Positions 29,530 to 44,600 of a stretch of 64,000 nucleotides of DNA are shown here, one piece after another. Under the pieces are notes generated by a model, which saw nothing but the letters and a program-made list of their open reading frames with translations, was not told where the DNA came from and ran no database searches. Source of the DNA: Eledone cirrhosa (lineage: Eukaryota); NCBI GenBank assembly GCA_964016885.1, contig OZ024749.1, positions 12,834,001 to 12,898,000 on the forward strand, in the 5' to 3' direction. Position 1 is the stretch's first letter. The number at the start of each line of letters is the position of its first letter. The position numbers and the translations under genes were made by a program.

Positions 29530-31110
29530 TCTAGTCCACTACACTGCTGGACATAAACCACCACCCAGTTTAACACCCCCATCTAGTCCTCGGCTGTCTT
29601 TAATGGAATCTAGTCCACTACACTGCTAGACATAAACCACCACCCTGTTTAACACCCCCATCTAGTCCTCGGCTGTCTTTAATAGAATCTAGTCCACTAC
29701 ACTGCTCGACATAAACCACCACCCAGTTTAACACCCCCATCTAGTCCTCGGCTGTCTTTAATGGAATCTAGTCCACTACACTGCTAGACACAAACCACCA
29801 CCCAGTTTAACACCCCCATCTGCTCCTCGGCTGTCTTTAATAGAATCTAGTCCACTACACTGCTAGACATAAACCACCACCCAGTTTAACACCCCCATCT
29901 AGTCCTCGGCTGTCTTTAATGGAATCTAGTCCACTACACTGCTAGACATAAACCACCACCCAGTTTAACACCCCCATCTAGTCCTCGGCTGTCTTTAATA
30001 GAATCTAGTCCACTACACTGCTGGACATAAACCACCACCCAGTTTAACACCCCCATCTAGTCCTCGGCTGTCTTTAATGGAATCTAGTCCACTACACTGC
30101 TAGACATAAACCACCACCCTGTTTAACACCCCCATCTAGTCCTCGGCTGTCTTTAATAGAATCTAGTCCACTACACTGCTAGACATAAACCACCACCCAG
30201 TTTAACACCCCCATCTAGTCCTCGGCTGTCTTTAATGGAATCTAGTCCACTACACTGCTAGACATAAACCACCACCCTGTTTAACACCCCCATCTAGTCC
30301 TCGGCTGTCTTTAATAGAATCTAGTCCACTACACTGCTAGACATAAACCACCACCCAGTTTAACACCCCCATCTAGTCCTCGGCTGTCTTTAATGGAATC
30401 TAGTCCACTACACTGCTAGACATAAACCACCACCCAGTTTAACACCCCCATCTAGTCCTCGGCTGTCTTTAATAGAATCTAGTCCACTACACTGCTGGAC
30501 ATAAACCACCACCCAGTTTAACACCCCCATCTAGTCCTCGGCTGTCTTTAATGGAATCTAGTCCACTACACTGCTAGACATAAACCACCACCCTGTTTAA
30601 CACCCCCATCTAGTCCTCGGCTGTCTTTAATAGAATCTAGTCCACTACACTGCTAGACATAAACCACCACCCAGTTTAACACCCCCATCTAGTCCTCGGC
30701 TGTCTTTAATGGAATCTAGTCCACTACACTGCTAGACATAAACCACCACCCTGTTTAACACCCCCATCTAGTCCTCGGCTGTCTTTAATAGAATCTAGTC
30801 CACTACACTGCTAGACATAAACCACCACCCAGTTTAACACCCCCATCTAGTCCTCGGCTGTCTTTAATGGAATCTAGTCCACTACACTGCTAGACATAAA
30901 CCACCACCCAGTTTAACACCCCCATCTAGTCCTCGGCTGTCTTTAATAGAATCTAGTCCACTACACTGCTGGACATAAACCACCACCCAGTTTAACACCC
31001 CCATCTAGTCCTCGGCTGTCTTTAATGGAATCTAGTCCACTACACTGCTAGACATAAACCACCACCCTGTTTAACACCCCCATCTAGTCCTCGGCTGTCT
31101 TTAATGGAAT
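29530..31110. repeat. 6-monomer (474-bp) HOR in a CTAG-homogenised block
   Basis: GCTGGAC variant at 29549, 30023, 30497, 30971, exactly 474 bp apart. Nearly all monomers carry CATCTAG with alternating AATGG/AATAG. Confidence 0.85.
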
Positions 31111-32699
31111 CTAGTCCACTACACTGCTAGACATAAACCACCACCCAGTTTAACACCCCCATCTAGTCCTCGGCTGTCTTTAATGGAATCTAGTCCACTA
31201 CACTGCTAGATATAAACCACCACCCAGTTTAACACCCCCATCTAGTCCTCGGCTGTCTTTAATGGAATCTAGTCCACTACACTGCTAGACATAAACCACC
31301 ACCCAGTTTAACACCCCCATCTAGTCCTCGGCTGTCTTTAATGGAATCTAGTCCACTACACTGCTAGATATAAACCACCACCCAGTTTAACACCCCCATC
31401 TGGTCCTCGGCTGTCTTTAATGGAATCTAGTCCACTACACTGCTAGATATAAACCACCATCCAGTTTAACACCCCCATCTGGTCCTCGGCTGTCTTTAAT
31501 AGAATCTAGTCTACTACACTGCTAGACATAAACCACCACCCAGTATAACACCTCCATCTGGTCCTCGGCTGTCTTTAATGGAATCTAGTCCACTACACTG
31601 CTAGACATAAACCACCACCCAGTTTAACACCCCCATCTAGTCCTCGGCTGTCTTTAATAGAATCTAGTCCACTACACTGCTGGACATAAACCACAACCCA
31701 GTGTAACACCCCCATCTGGTCCTCGGCTGTCTTTAATGGAATCTAGTCCACTACACTGCTAGACATAAACCACCACACAGTTTAACACCCCCATCCCGTC
31801 CTCGGCTGTCTTTAATAGAATCTAGTCCACTACACTGCTAGACATAAACCACCACCCAGTGTAACACCCCCATCTGGTCCTCGGCTGTCTTTAATAGAAT
31901 CTAGTCCACTACACTGCTAGACATAAACCACCACCCAGTTTAACACCCCCATCTGGTCCTCGGCTGTCTTTAATGGAATCTAGTCCACTACACTGCTAGA
32001 CATAAACCACCACCCAGTTTAACATCACCATCCGGTCCTCGGCTGTCTTTAATAGAATCTAGTCCACTACACTGCTAGACATAAACCACCACCCAGTTTA
32101 ACACCACCATCTGGTCCTCGGCTGTCTTTAATGGAATCTAGTCCACTACACTGCTAGATATAAACCACCACCCAGTTTAACACCCCCATCTGGTCCTCGG
32201 CTGTCTTTAATGGAATCTAGTCCACTACACTGCTAGACATAAACCACCACCCAGTTTAACACCCCCATCCCGTCCTCGGCTGTCTTTAATAGAATCTAGT
32301 CCACTACACTGCTAGACATAAACCACCACCCAGTTTAACACCCCCATCCCGTCCTCGGCTGTCTTTAATAGAGTCTAGTCCACTACACTGCTAGACATAA
32401 ACCACCACCCAGTTTAACATCACCATCCGGTCCTCGGCTGTCTTTAATGGAATCTAGTCCACTACACTGCTGGACATAAACCACCACCCAGTTTAACACC
32501 CCCATCTAGTCCTCGGCTGTCTTTAATAGAATCTAGTCCACTACACTGCTGGACATAAACCACCACCCAGTTTAACACCCCCATCCGGTCCTCGGCTGTC
32601 TTTAATAGAATCTAGTCCACTACACTGCTAGACATCAACCACCACCCAGTTTAACACCCCCATCTAGTCCTCGGCTGTCTTTAATGGAATCTAGTCCAC

Positions 32700-35600
32700 T
32701 ACACTGCTAGACATAAACCACCACCCAGTTTAACACCCCCATCTAGTCCTCGGCTGTCTTTAATGGAATCTAGTCCACTACACTGCTAGACATAAACCAC
32801 CACCCTGTTTAACACCCCCATCTGGTCCTCGGCTGTCTTTAATGGAATCTAGTGCACTACACTGCTAGATATAAACCACCACCCAGTTTAACACCCCCAT
32901 CTGGTCCTCGGCTGTCTTTAATAGAATCTAGTCCACTACACTGCTAGACATAAACCACCACCCAGTTTAACACCCCCATCTGGTCCTCGGCTGTCTTTAA
33001 TGGAATCTAGTGCACTACACTGCTAGACATAAACCACCACCCAGTTTAACACCCCCATCTAGTCCTCGGCTGTCTTTAACAGAATCTAGTCCACTACACT
33101 GCTAGACATAAACCACCACCCAGTTTAACACCCCCATCTGGTCCTCGGCTGTCTTTAATAGAATCTAGTCCACTACACTGCTAGACATAAACCACCACCC
33201 AGTTTAACACCCCCATCTGGTCCTCGGCTGTCTTTAATGGAATCTAGTCCACTACACTGCTAGACATAAACCACCACCCAGTTTAACACCCCCATCCCGT
33301 CCTCGGCTGTCTTTAATAGAATCTAGTCCACTACACTGCTAGACATAAACCACCACCCAGTGTAACACCCCCATCTGGTCCTCGGCTGTCTTTAATGGAA
33401 TCTAGTCCACTACACTGCTAGACATAAACCACCACCCAGTTTAACACCCCCATCTGGTCCTCGGCTGTCTTTAATAGAATCTAGTCCACTACACTGCTAG
33501 ACATAAACCACCACCCAGTTTAACACCCCCATCCGGTCCTCGGCTGTCTTTAATGGAATCTAGTCCACTACACTACTGGACATAAACCACCACCCAGTTT
33601 AACACTCCCATCTGGTCCTCGGCTGTCTTTAATAGAATCTAGTCCACTACACTGCTGGACATAAACCACCACCCAGTTTAACACCCCCATCTAGTCCTCG
33701 GCTGTCTCTAATAGAATCTAGTCCACTACACTGCTAGACATAAACCACCACCCTGTTTAACACCCCCATCTTGTCCTCGGCTGTCTTTATTGGAATCTAG
33801 TCCACTACACTGCTAGACATAAACCACCACCCAGTTTAACACCCCCATCCGGTCCTCGGCTGTCTTTAATAGAATCTAGTCCACTACACTGCTAGACATA
33901 AACCACCACCCAGTTTAACACCCCCATCTAGTCCTCGGCTGTCTTTAATAGAATCTAGTCCACTACACTGCTAGACATAAACCACCACCCTGTTTAACAC
34001 CCCCATCTAGTCCTCGGCTGTCTTTAATGGAATCTAGTCCACTACACTGCTAGACATAAACCACCACCCAGTTTAACACCCCCATCTAGTCCTCGGCTGT
34101 CTTTAATGGAATCTAGTCCACTACACTGCTAGACATAAACCACCACCCAGTTTAACACCCCCATCTGGTCCTCGGCTGTCTTTAATGGAATCTAGTCCAC
34201 TACACTGCTAGACATAAACCACCACTCAGTTTAACACCCCCATCTAGTCCTCGGCTGTCTTTAATGGAATCTAGTCCACTACACTGCTAGACATAAACCA
34301 CCACCCAGTTTAACACCCCCATCTAGTCCTCGGCTGTCTTTAATGGAATCTAGTCCACTACACTGCTAGACATAAACCACCACCCAGTTTAACACCCCCA
34401 TCTGGTCCTCGGCTGTCTTTAATGGAATCTAGTCCACTACACTGCTAGACATAAACCACCACCCAGTTTAACACCCCCATCTGGTCCTCGGCTGTCTTTA
34501 ATGGAATCTAGTCCACTACACTGCTAGACATAAACCACCACCCAGTTTAACACCCCCATCTGGTCCTCGGCTGTCTTTAACAGAATCTAGTACACTACAC
34601 TACTAGACATAAACCACCACCCAGTTTAACACCCCCATGTAGTCCTCGGCAGTCTTTAATAGAATCTAGTCCACTACACTGCTAGACATAAACCACCACC
34701 CAGTTTAACACCCCCATCTGGTCCTCGGCTGTCTTTAATAGAATCTAGTCCTCTACACTGCTAGACATAAACCACCACCCAGTTTAACACCACCATCTGG
34801 TCCTCGGCTGTCTTTAATGGAATCTAGTCCACTACACTGCTAGACATAAACCACCACCCAGTTTAACATCACCATCCGGTCCTCGGCTGTCTTTAATAGA
34901 ATCTAGTCCACTACACTGCTAGACATAAACCACCACCCAGTTTAACACCACCATCTGGTCCTCGGCTGTCTTTAATGGAATCTAGTCCACTACACTGCTA
35001 GACATAAACCACCACCCAGTTTAACACCCCCATCTAGTCCTCGGCTGTCTTTAATGGAATCTAGTCCACTACACTGCTAGACATAAACCACCACCCTGTT
35101 TAACACCCCCATCTGGTCCTCGGCTGTCTTTAATGGAATCTAGTGCACTACACTGCTAGATATAAACCACCACCCAGTTTAACACCCCCATCTGGTCCTC
35201 GGCTGTCTTTAATAGAATCTAGTCCACTACACTGCTAGACATAAACCACCACCCAGTTTAACACCCCCATCTGGTCCTCGGCTGTCTTTAATGGAATCTA
35301 GTGCACTACACTGCTAGACATAAACCACCACCCAGTTTAACACCCCCATCTAGTCCTCGGCTATCTTTAATAGAATCTAGTCCACTACACTGCTAGACAT
35401 AAACCACCACCCAGTTTAACACCCCCATCTGGTCCTCGGCTGTCTTTAATAGAATCTAGTCCACTATACTGCTAGACATAAACCACCACCCAGTTTAACA
35501 CCCCCATCTGGTCCTCGGCTGTCTTTAATGGAATCTAGTCCACTACACTGCTAGACATAAACCACCACCCAGTTTAACACCCCCATCCCGTCCTCGGCTG

Positions 35601-38600
35601 TCTTTAATAGAATCTAGTCCACTACACTGCTAGACATAAACCACCACCCAGTGTAACACCCCCATCTGGTCCTCGGCTGTCTTTAATGGAATCTAGTCCA
35701 CTACACTGCTAGACATAAACCACCACCCAGTTTAACACCCCCATCTGGTCCTCGGCTGTCTTTAATAGAATCTAGTCCACTACACTGCTAGACATAAACC
35801 ACCACCCAGTTTAACACCCCCATCCGGTCCTCGGCTGTCTTTAATGGAATCTAGTCCACTACACTACTGGACATAAACCACCACCCAGTTTAACACCCCC
35901 ATCTGGTCCTCGGCTGTCTTTAATAGAATCTAGTCCACTACACTGCTGGACATAAACCACCACCCAGTTTAACACCCCCATCTAGTCCTCGGCTGTCTCT
36001 AATAGAATCTAGTCCACTACACTGCTAGACATAAACCACCACCCTGTTTAACACCCCCATCTTGTCCTCGGCTGTCTTTATTGGAATCTAGTCCACTACA
36101 CTGCTAGACATAAACCACCACCCAGTTTAACACCCCCATCCCGTCCTCGGCTGTCTTTAATAGAATCTAGTCCACTACACTGCTAGACATAAACCACCAC
36201 CCAGTGTAACACCCCCATCTGGTCCTCGGCTGTCTTTAATGGAATCTAGTCCACTACACTGCTAGACATAAACCACCACCCAGTTTAACACCCCCATCTG
36301 GTCCTCGGCTGTCTTTAATAGAATCTAGTCCACTACACTGCTAGACATAAACCACCACCCAGTTTAACACCCCCATCCGGTCCTCGGCTGTCTTTAATGG
36401 AATCTAGTCCACTACACTACTGGACATAAACCACCACCCAGTTTAACACCCCCATCTGGTCCTCGGCTGTCTTTAATAGAATCTAGTCCACTACACTGCT
36501 GGACATAAACCACCACCCAGTTTAACACCCCCATCTAGTCCTCGGCTGTCTCTAATAGAATCTAGTCCACTACACTGCTAGACATAAACCACCACCCTGT
36601 TTAACACCCCCATCTTGTCCTCGGCTGTCTTTATTGGAATCTAGTCCACTACACTGCTAGACATAAACCACCACCCAGTTTAACACCCCCATCCGGTCCT
36701 CGGCTGTCTTTAATAGAATCTAGTCCACTACACTGCTAGACATAAACCACCACCCAGTTTAACACCCCCATCTAGTCCTCGGCTGTCTTTAATAGAATCT
36801 AGTCCACTACACTGCTAGACATAAACCACCACCCTGTTTAACACCCCCATCTAGTCCTCGGCTGTCTTTAATGGAATCTAGTCCACTACACTGCTAGACA
36901 TAAACCACCACCCAGTTTAACACCCCCATCTAGTCCTCGGCTGTCTTTAATGGAATCTAGTCCACTACACTGCTAGACATAAACCACCACCCAGTTTAAC
37001 ACCCCCATCTGGTCCTCGGCTGTCTTTAATGGAATCTAGTCCACTACACTGCTAGACATAAACCACCACTCAGTTTAACACCCCCATCTAGTCCTCGGCT
37101 GTCTTTAATGGAATCTAGTCCACTACACTGCTAGACATAAACCACCACCCAGTTTAACACCCCCATCTAGTCCTCGGCTGTCTTTAATGGAATCTAGTCC
37201 ACTACACTGCTAGACATAAACCACCACCCAGTTTAACACCCCCATCTGGTCCTCGGCTGTCTTTAATGGAATCTAGTCCACTACACTGCTAGACATAAAC
37301 CACCACCCAGTTTAACACCCCCATCTGGTCCTCGGCTGTCTTTAATGGAATCTAGTCCACTACACTGCTAGACATAAACCACCACCCAGTTTAACACCCC
37401 CATCTGGTCCTCGGCTGTCTTTAACAGAATCTAGTACACTACACTACTAGACATAAACCACCACCCAGTTTAACACCCCCATGTAGTCCTCGGCAGTCTT
37501 TAATAGAATCTAGTCCACTACACTGCTAGACATAAACCACCACCCAGTTTAACACCCCCATCTGGTCCTCGGCTGTCTTTAATAGAATCTAGTCCTCTAC
37601 ACTGCTAGACATAAACCACCACCCAGTTTAACACCACCATCTGGTCCTCGGCTGTCTTTAATGGAATCTAGTCCACTACACTGCTAGACATAAACCACCA
37701 CCCAGTTTAACATCACCATCCGGTCCTCGGCTGTCTTTAATAGAATCTAGTCCACTACACTGCTAGACATAAACCACCACCCAGTTTAACACCACCATCT
37801 GGTCCTCGGCTGTCTTTAATGGAATCTAGTCCACTACACTGCTAGACATAAACCACCACCCAGTTTAACACCCCCATCTAGTCCTCGGCTGTCTTTAATG
37901 GAATCTAGTCCACTACACTGCTAGACATAAACCACCACCCTGTTTAACACCCCCATCTGGTCCTCGGCTGTCTTTAATGGAATCTAGTGCACTACACTGC
38001 TAGATATAAACCACCACCCAGTTTAACACCCCCATCTGGTCCTCGGCTGTCTTTAATAGAATCTAGTCCACTACACTGCTAGACATAAACCACCACCCAG
38101 TTTAACACCCCCATCTGGTCCTCGGCTGTCTTTAATGGAATCTAGTGCACTACACTGCTAGACATAAACCACCACCCAGTTTAACACCCCCATCTAGTCC
38201 TCGGCTGTCTTTAATAGAATCTAGTCCACTACACTGCTAGACATAAACCACCACCCAGTTTAACACCCCCATCTGGTCCTCGGCTGTCTTTAATAGAATC
38301 TAGTCCACTATACTGCTAGACATAAACCACCACCCAGTTTAACACCCCCATCTGGTCCTCGGCTGTCTTTAATGGAATCTAGTCCACTACACTGCTAGAC
38401 ATAAACCACCACCCAGTTTAACACCCCCATCCCGTCCTCGGCTGTCTTTAATAGAATCTAGTCCACTACACTGCTAGACATAAACCACCACCCAGTGTAA
38501 CACCCCCATCTGGTCCTCGGCTGTCTTTAATGGAATCTAGTCCACTACACTGCTAGACATAAACCACCACCCAGTTTAACACCCCCATCTGGTCCTCGGC

Positions 38601-41600
38601 TGTCTTTAATAGAATCTAGTCCACTACACTGCTAGACATAAACCACCACCCAGTTTAACACCCCCATCCGGTCCTCGGCTGTCTTTAATGGAATCTAGTC
38701 CACTACACTACTGGACATAAACCACCACCCAGTTTAACACCCCCATCTGGTCCTCGGCTGTCTTTAATAGAATCTAGTCCACTACACTGCTGGACATAAA
38801 CCACCACCCAGTTTAACACCCCCATCTAGTCCTCGGCTGTCTCTAATAGAATCTAGTCCACTACACTGCTAGACATAAACCACCACCCTGTTTAACACCC
38901 CCATCTTGTCCTCGGCTGTCTTTATTGGAATCTAGTCCACTACACTGCTAGACATAAACCACCACCCAGTTTAACACCCCCATCCGGTCCTCGGCTGTCT
39001 TTAATAGAATCTAGTCCACTACACTGCTAGACATAAACCACCACCCAGTTTAACACCCCCATCTAGTCCTCGGCTGTCTTTAATAGAATCTAGTCCACTA
39101 CACTGCTAGACATAAACCACCACCCTGTTTAACACCCCCATCTAGTCCTCGGCTGTCTTTAATGGAATCTAGTCCACTACACTGCTAGACATAAACCACC
39201 ACTCAGTTTAACACCCCCATCTAGTCCTCGGCTGTCTTTAATGGAATCTAGTCCACTACACTGCTAGACATAAACCACCACCCAGTTTAACACCCCCATC
39301 TAGTCCTCGGCTGTCTTTAATAGAATCTAGTCCACTACACTGCTAGACATAAACCACCACCCAGTTTAACACCCCCATCTGGACCTCGGCTGTCTTTAAA
39401 AGAATCTAGTCCACTACACAGCTACACATAAACCACCACCCTGTTTAACACCCCCATCTGGTCCTCGGCTGTGTTTAATAGAATCTAGTCCACTACACTG
39501 CTAGACATAAACCACCACCCATTTTAACACCCCCGTCTAGTCCTCGGCTGTCTTTAATAGAATCTAGTCCACTACACTGCTAGACATAAAACACCACCCA
39601 GTTTAACACCCCCATATGGTCCTCGGCTGTCTTTAATGGAATCTAGTCCTCTACACTGCTAGACATAAACCACCACCCTGTTTAACACCCTCATCTGGTC
39701 CTCGGTTGTCTTTAATGGAATCTAGTCCACTACACTGCTAGACATAAACCACCACCCAGTTTAACACCCCCTTCTAGTCCTCGGCTGTCTTTAATAGAAT
39801 CTAGTCCATTACATTGCTAGACATAAACCACCACCCAGTTTAACACCCCCATTTAGTCCTCGGCTGTCTTTAATAGAATCTAGGCCACTACACTGCTAGA
39901 CATAAGACACCACCCAGTTTAACACCCCCATCTGGTCCTTGGCTGTCTTTAATGGAATCTAGTCCACTACACTGCTAGACATAAACCACCACCCAGTTTA
40001 ACACCCCCTTCTAGTCCTCGGCTGTCTTTAATAGAATCTAGTCCACTACACTGCTAGACATAAACCACCACCCTGTTTAACACCCCCATTCGGTCCTCGG
40101 CTGTCTTTAATAGAATCTAGTCCACTACACTGCTAGACATAAACCACCACCCAGTTTAACACCCCCATCTGGTCCTCGGCTGTCTTTAATAGAATCTAGT
40201 CCACTATACTGCTAGACATAAACCACCACCCAGTTTAACACCCCCATCTGGTCCTCGGCTGTCTTTAATGGAATCTAGTCCACTACACTGCTGGACATAA
40301 ACCACCACCCAGTTTAACACCCCCATCCGGTCCTCGGCTGTCTTTAATAGAATCTAGCTCACTACACTGCTAGACATAAACCACCACCCAGTTTAACACC
40401 CCCATCTGGTCCTCGGCTGTCTTTAATGGAATCTAGTCCACTACACTGCTAGACATAAACCACCACCCAGTTTAACACCCCCATCCGGTCCTCGGCTGTC
40501 TTTAATAGAATCTAGCCCACTACACTGCTAGACATAAACCACCACCCAGTTTAACACCCCCATCTAGTCCTCGGCTGTCTTTAATGGAATCTAGTCCACT
40601 ACACTGCTAGACATAAACCACCACCCAGTTTAACACCCCCATCTGGTCCTCGGCTGTCTTTAATGGAATCTAGTCCACTACACTGCTAGACATAAACCAC
40701 CACTCAGTTTAACACCCCCATCTAGTCCTCGGCTGTCTTTAATGGAATCTAGTCCACTACACTGCTAGACATAAACCACCACCCAGTTTAACACCCCCAT
40801 CTAGTCCTCGGCTGTCTTTAATGGAATCTAGTCCACTACACTGCTAGACATAAACCACCACCCAGTTTAACACCCCCATCTGGTCCTCGGCTGTCTTTAA
40901 TGGAATCTAGTCCACTACACTGCTAGACATAAACCACCACCCAGTTTAACACCCCCATCTGGTCCTCGGCTGTCTTTAATGGAATCTAGTCCACTACACT
41001 GCTAGACATAAACCACCACCCAGTTTAACACCCCCATCTGGTCCTCGGCTGTCTTTAACAGAATCTAGTACACTACACTACTAGACATAAACCACCACCC
41101 AGTTTAACACCCCCATGTAGTCCTCGGCAGTCTTTAATAGAATCTAGTCCACTACACTGCTAGACATAAACCACCACCCAGTTTAACACCCCCATCTGGT
41201 CCTCGGCTGTCTTTAATAGAATCTAGTCCTCTACACTGCTAGACATAAACCACCACCCAGTTTAACACCACCATCTGGTCCTCGGCTGTCTTTAATGGAA
41301 TCTAGTCCACTACACTGCTAGACATAAACCACCACCCAGTTTAACATCACCATCCGGTCCTCGGCTCTCTTTAATAGAATCTAGTCCACTACACTGCTAG
41401 ACATAAACCACCACCCAGTTTAACACCACCATCTGGTCCTCGGCTGTCTTTAATGGAATCTAGTCCACTACACTGCTAGACATAAACCACCACCCAGTTT
41501 AACACCCCCATCTAGTCCTCGGCTGTCTTTAATGGAATCTAGTCCACTACACTGCTAGACATAAACCACCACCCTGTTTAACACCCCCATCTGGTCCTCG

Positions 41601-44600
41601 GCTGTCTTTAATGGAATCTAGTGCACTACACTGCTAGATATAAACCACCACCCAGTTTAACACCCCCATCTGGTCCTCGGCTGTCTTTAATAGAATCTAG
41701 TCCACTACACTGCTAGACATAAACCACCACCCAGTTTAACACCCCCATCTGGTCCTCGGCTGTCTTTAATGGAATCTAGTGCACTACACTGCTAGACATA
41801 AACCACCACCCAGTTTAACACCCCCATCTAGTCCTCGGCTGTCTTTAATAGAATCTAGTCCACTACACTGCTAGACATAAACCACCACCCAGTTTAACAC
41901 CCCCATCTGGTCCTCGGCTGTCTTTAATAGAATCTAGTCCACTATACTGCTAGACATAAACCACCACCCAGTTTAACACCCCCATCTGGTCCTCGGCTGT
42001 CTTTAATGGAATCTAGTCCACTACACTGCTAGACATAAACCACCACCCAGTTTAACACCCCCATCCCGTCCTCGGCTGTCTTTAATAGAATCTAGTCCAC
42101 TACACTGCTAGACATAAACCACCACCCAGTGTAACACCCCCATCTGGTCCTCGGCTGTCTTTAATGGAATCTAGTCCACTACACTGCTAGACATAAACCA
42201 CCACCCAGTTTAACACCCCCATCTGGTCCTCGGCTGTCTTTAATAGAATCTAGTCCACTACACTGCTAGACATAAACCACCACCCAGTTTAACACCCCCA
42301 TCCGGTCCTCGGCTGTCTTTAATGGAATCTAGTCCACTACACTACTGGACATAAACCACCACCCAGTTTAATACCCCCATCTGGTCCTCGGCTGTCTTTA
42401 ATAGAATCTAGTCCACTACACTGCTGGACATAAACCACCACCCAGTTTAACACCCCCATCTAGTCCTCGGCTGTCTCTAATAGAATCTAGTCCACTACAC
42501 TGCTAGACATAAACCACCACCCTGTTTAACACCCCCATCTTGTCCTCGGCTGTCTTTATTGGAATCTAGTCCACTACACTGCTAGACATAAACCACCACC
42601 CAGTTTAACACCCCCATCCGGTCCTCGGCTGTCTTTAATAGAATCTAGTCCACTACACTGCTAGACATAAACCACCACCCAGTTTAACACCCCCATCTAG
42701 TCCTCGGCTGTCTTTAATAGAATCTAGTCCACTACACTGCTAGACATAAACCACCACCCTGTTTAACACCCCCATCTAGTCCTCGGCTGTCTTTAATGGA
42801 ATCTAGTCCACTACACTGCTAGACATAAACCACCACTCAGTTTAACACCCCCATCTAGTCCTCGGCTGTCTTTAATGGAATCTAGTCCACTACACTGCTA
42901 GACATAAACCACCACCCAGTTTAACACCCCCATCTAGTCCTCGGCTGTCTTTAATAGAATCTAGTCCACTACACTGCTAGACATAAACCACCACCCAGTT
43001 TAACACCCCCATCTGGACCTCGGCTGTCTTTAAAAGAATCTAGTCCACTACACAGCTACACATAAACCACCACCCTGTTTAACACCCCCATCTGGTCCTC
43101 GGCTGTGTTTAATAGAATCTAGTCCACTACACTGCTAGACATAAACCACCACCCATTTTAACACCCCCGTCTAGTCCTCGGCTGTCTTTAATAGAATCTA
43201 GTCCACTACACTGCTAGACATAAAACACCACCCAGTTTAACACCCCCATATGGTCCTCGGCTGTCTTTAATGGAATCTAGTCCTCTACACTGCTAGACAT
43301 AAACCACCACCCTGTTTAACACCCTCATCTGGTCCTCGGTTGTCTTTAATGGAATCTAGTCCACTACACTGCTAGACATAAACCACCACCCAGTTTAACA
43401 CCCCCATCCCGTCCTCGGCTGTCTTTAATAGAATCTAGTCCACTACACTGCTAGACATAAACCACCACCCAGTGTAACACCCCCATCTGGTCCTCGGCTG
43501 TCTTTAATGGAATCTAGTCCACTACACTGCTAGACATAAACCACCACCCAGTTTAACACCCCCATCTGGTCCTCGGCTGTCTTTAATAGAATCTAGTCCA
43601 CTACACTGCTAGACATAAACCACCACCCAGTTTAACACCCCCATCCGGTCCTCGGCTGTCTTTAATGGAATCTAGTCCACTACACTACTGGACATAAACC
43701 ACCACCCAGTTTAACACCCCCATCTGGTCCTCGGCTGTCTTTAATAGAATCTAGTCCACTACACTGCTGGACATAAACCACCACCCAGTTTAACACCCCC
43801 ATCTAGTCCTCGGCTGTCTCTAATAGAATCTAGTCCACTACACTGCTAGACATAAACCACCACCCTGTTTAACACCCCCATCTTGTCCTCGGCTGTCTTT
43901 ATTGGAATCTAGTCCACTACACTGCTAGACATAAACCACCACCCAGTTTAACACCCCCATCCGGTCCTCGGCTGTCTTTAATAGAATCTAGTCCACTACA
44001 CTGCTAGACATAAACCACCACCCAGTTTAACACCCCCATCTAGTCCTCGGCTGTCTTTAATAGAATCTAGTCCACTACACTGCTAGACATAAACCACCAC
44101 CCTGTTTAACACCCCCATCTAGTCCTCGGCTGTCTTTAATGGAATCTAGTCCACTACACTGCTAGACATAAACCACCACTCAGTTTAACACCCCCATCTA
44201 GTCCTCGGCTGTCTTTAATGGAATCTAGTCCACTACACTGCTAGACATAAACCACCACCCAGTTTAACACCCCCATCTAGTCCTCGGCTGTCTTTAATAG
44301 AATCTAGTCCACTACACTGCTAGACATAAACCACCACCCAGTTTAACACCCCCATCTGGACCTCGGCTGTCTTTAAAAGAATCTAGTCCACTACACAGCT
44401 ACACATAAACCACCACCCTGTTTAACACCCCCATCTGGTCCTCGGCTGTGTTTAATAGAATCTAGTCCACTACACTGCTAGACATAAACCACCACCCATT
44501 TTAACACCCCCGTCTAGTCCTCGGCTGTCTTTAATAGAATCTAGTCCACTACACTGCTAGACATAAAACACCACCCAGTTTAACACCCCCATATGGTCCT

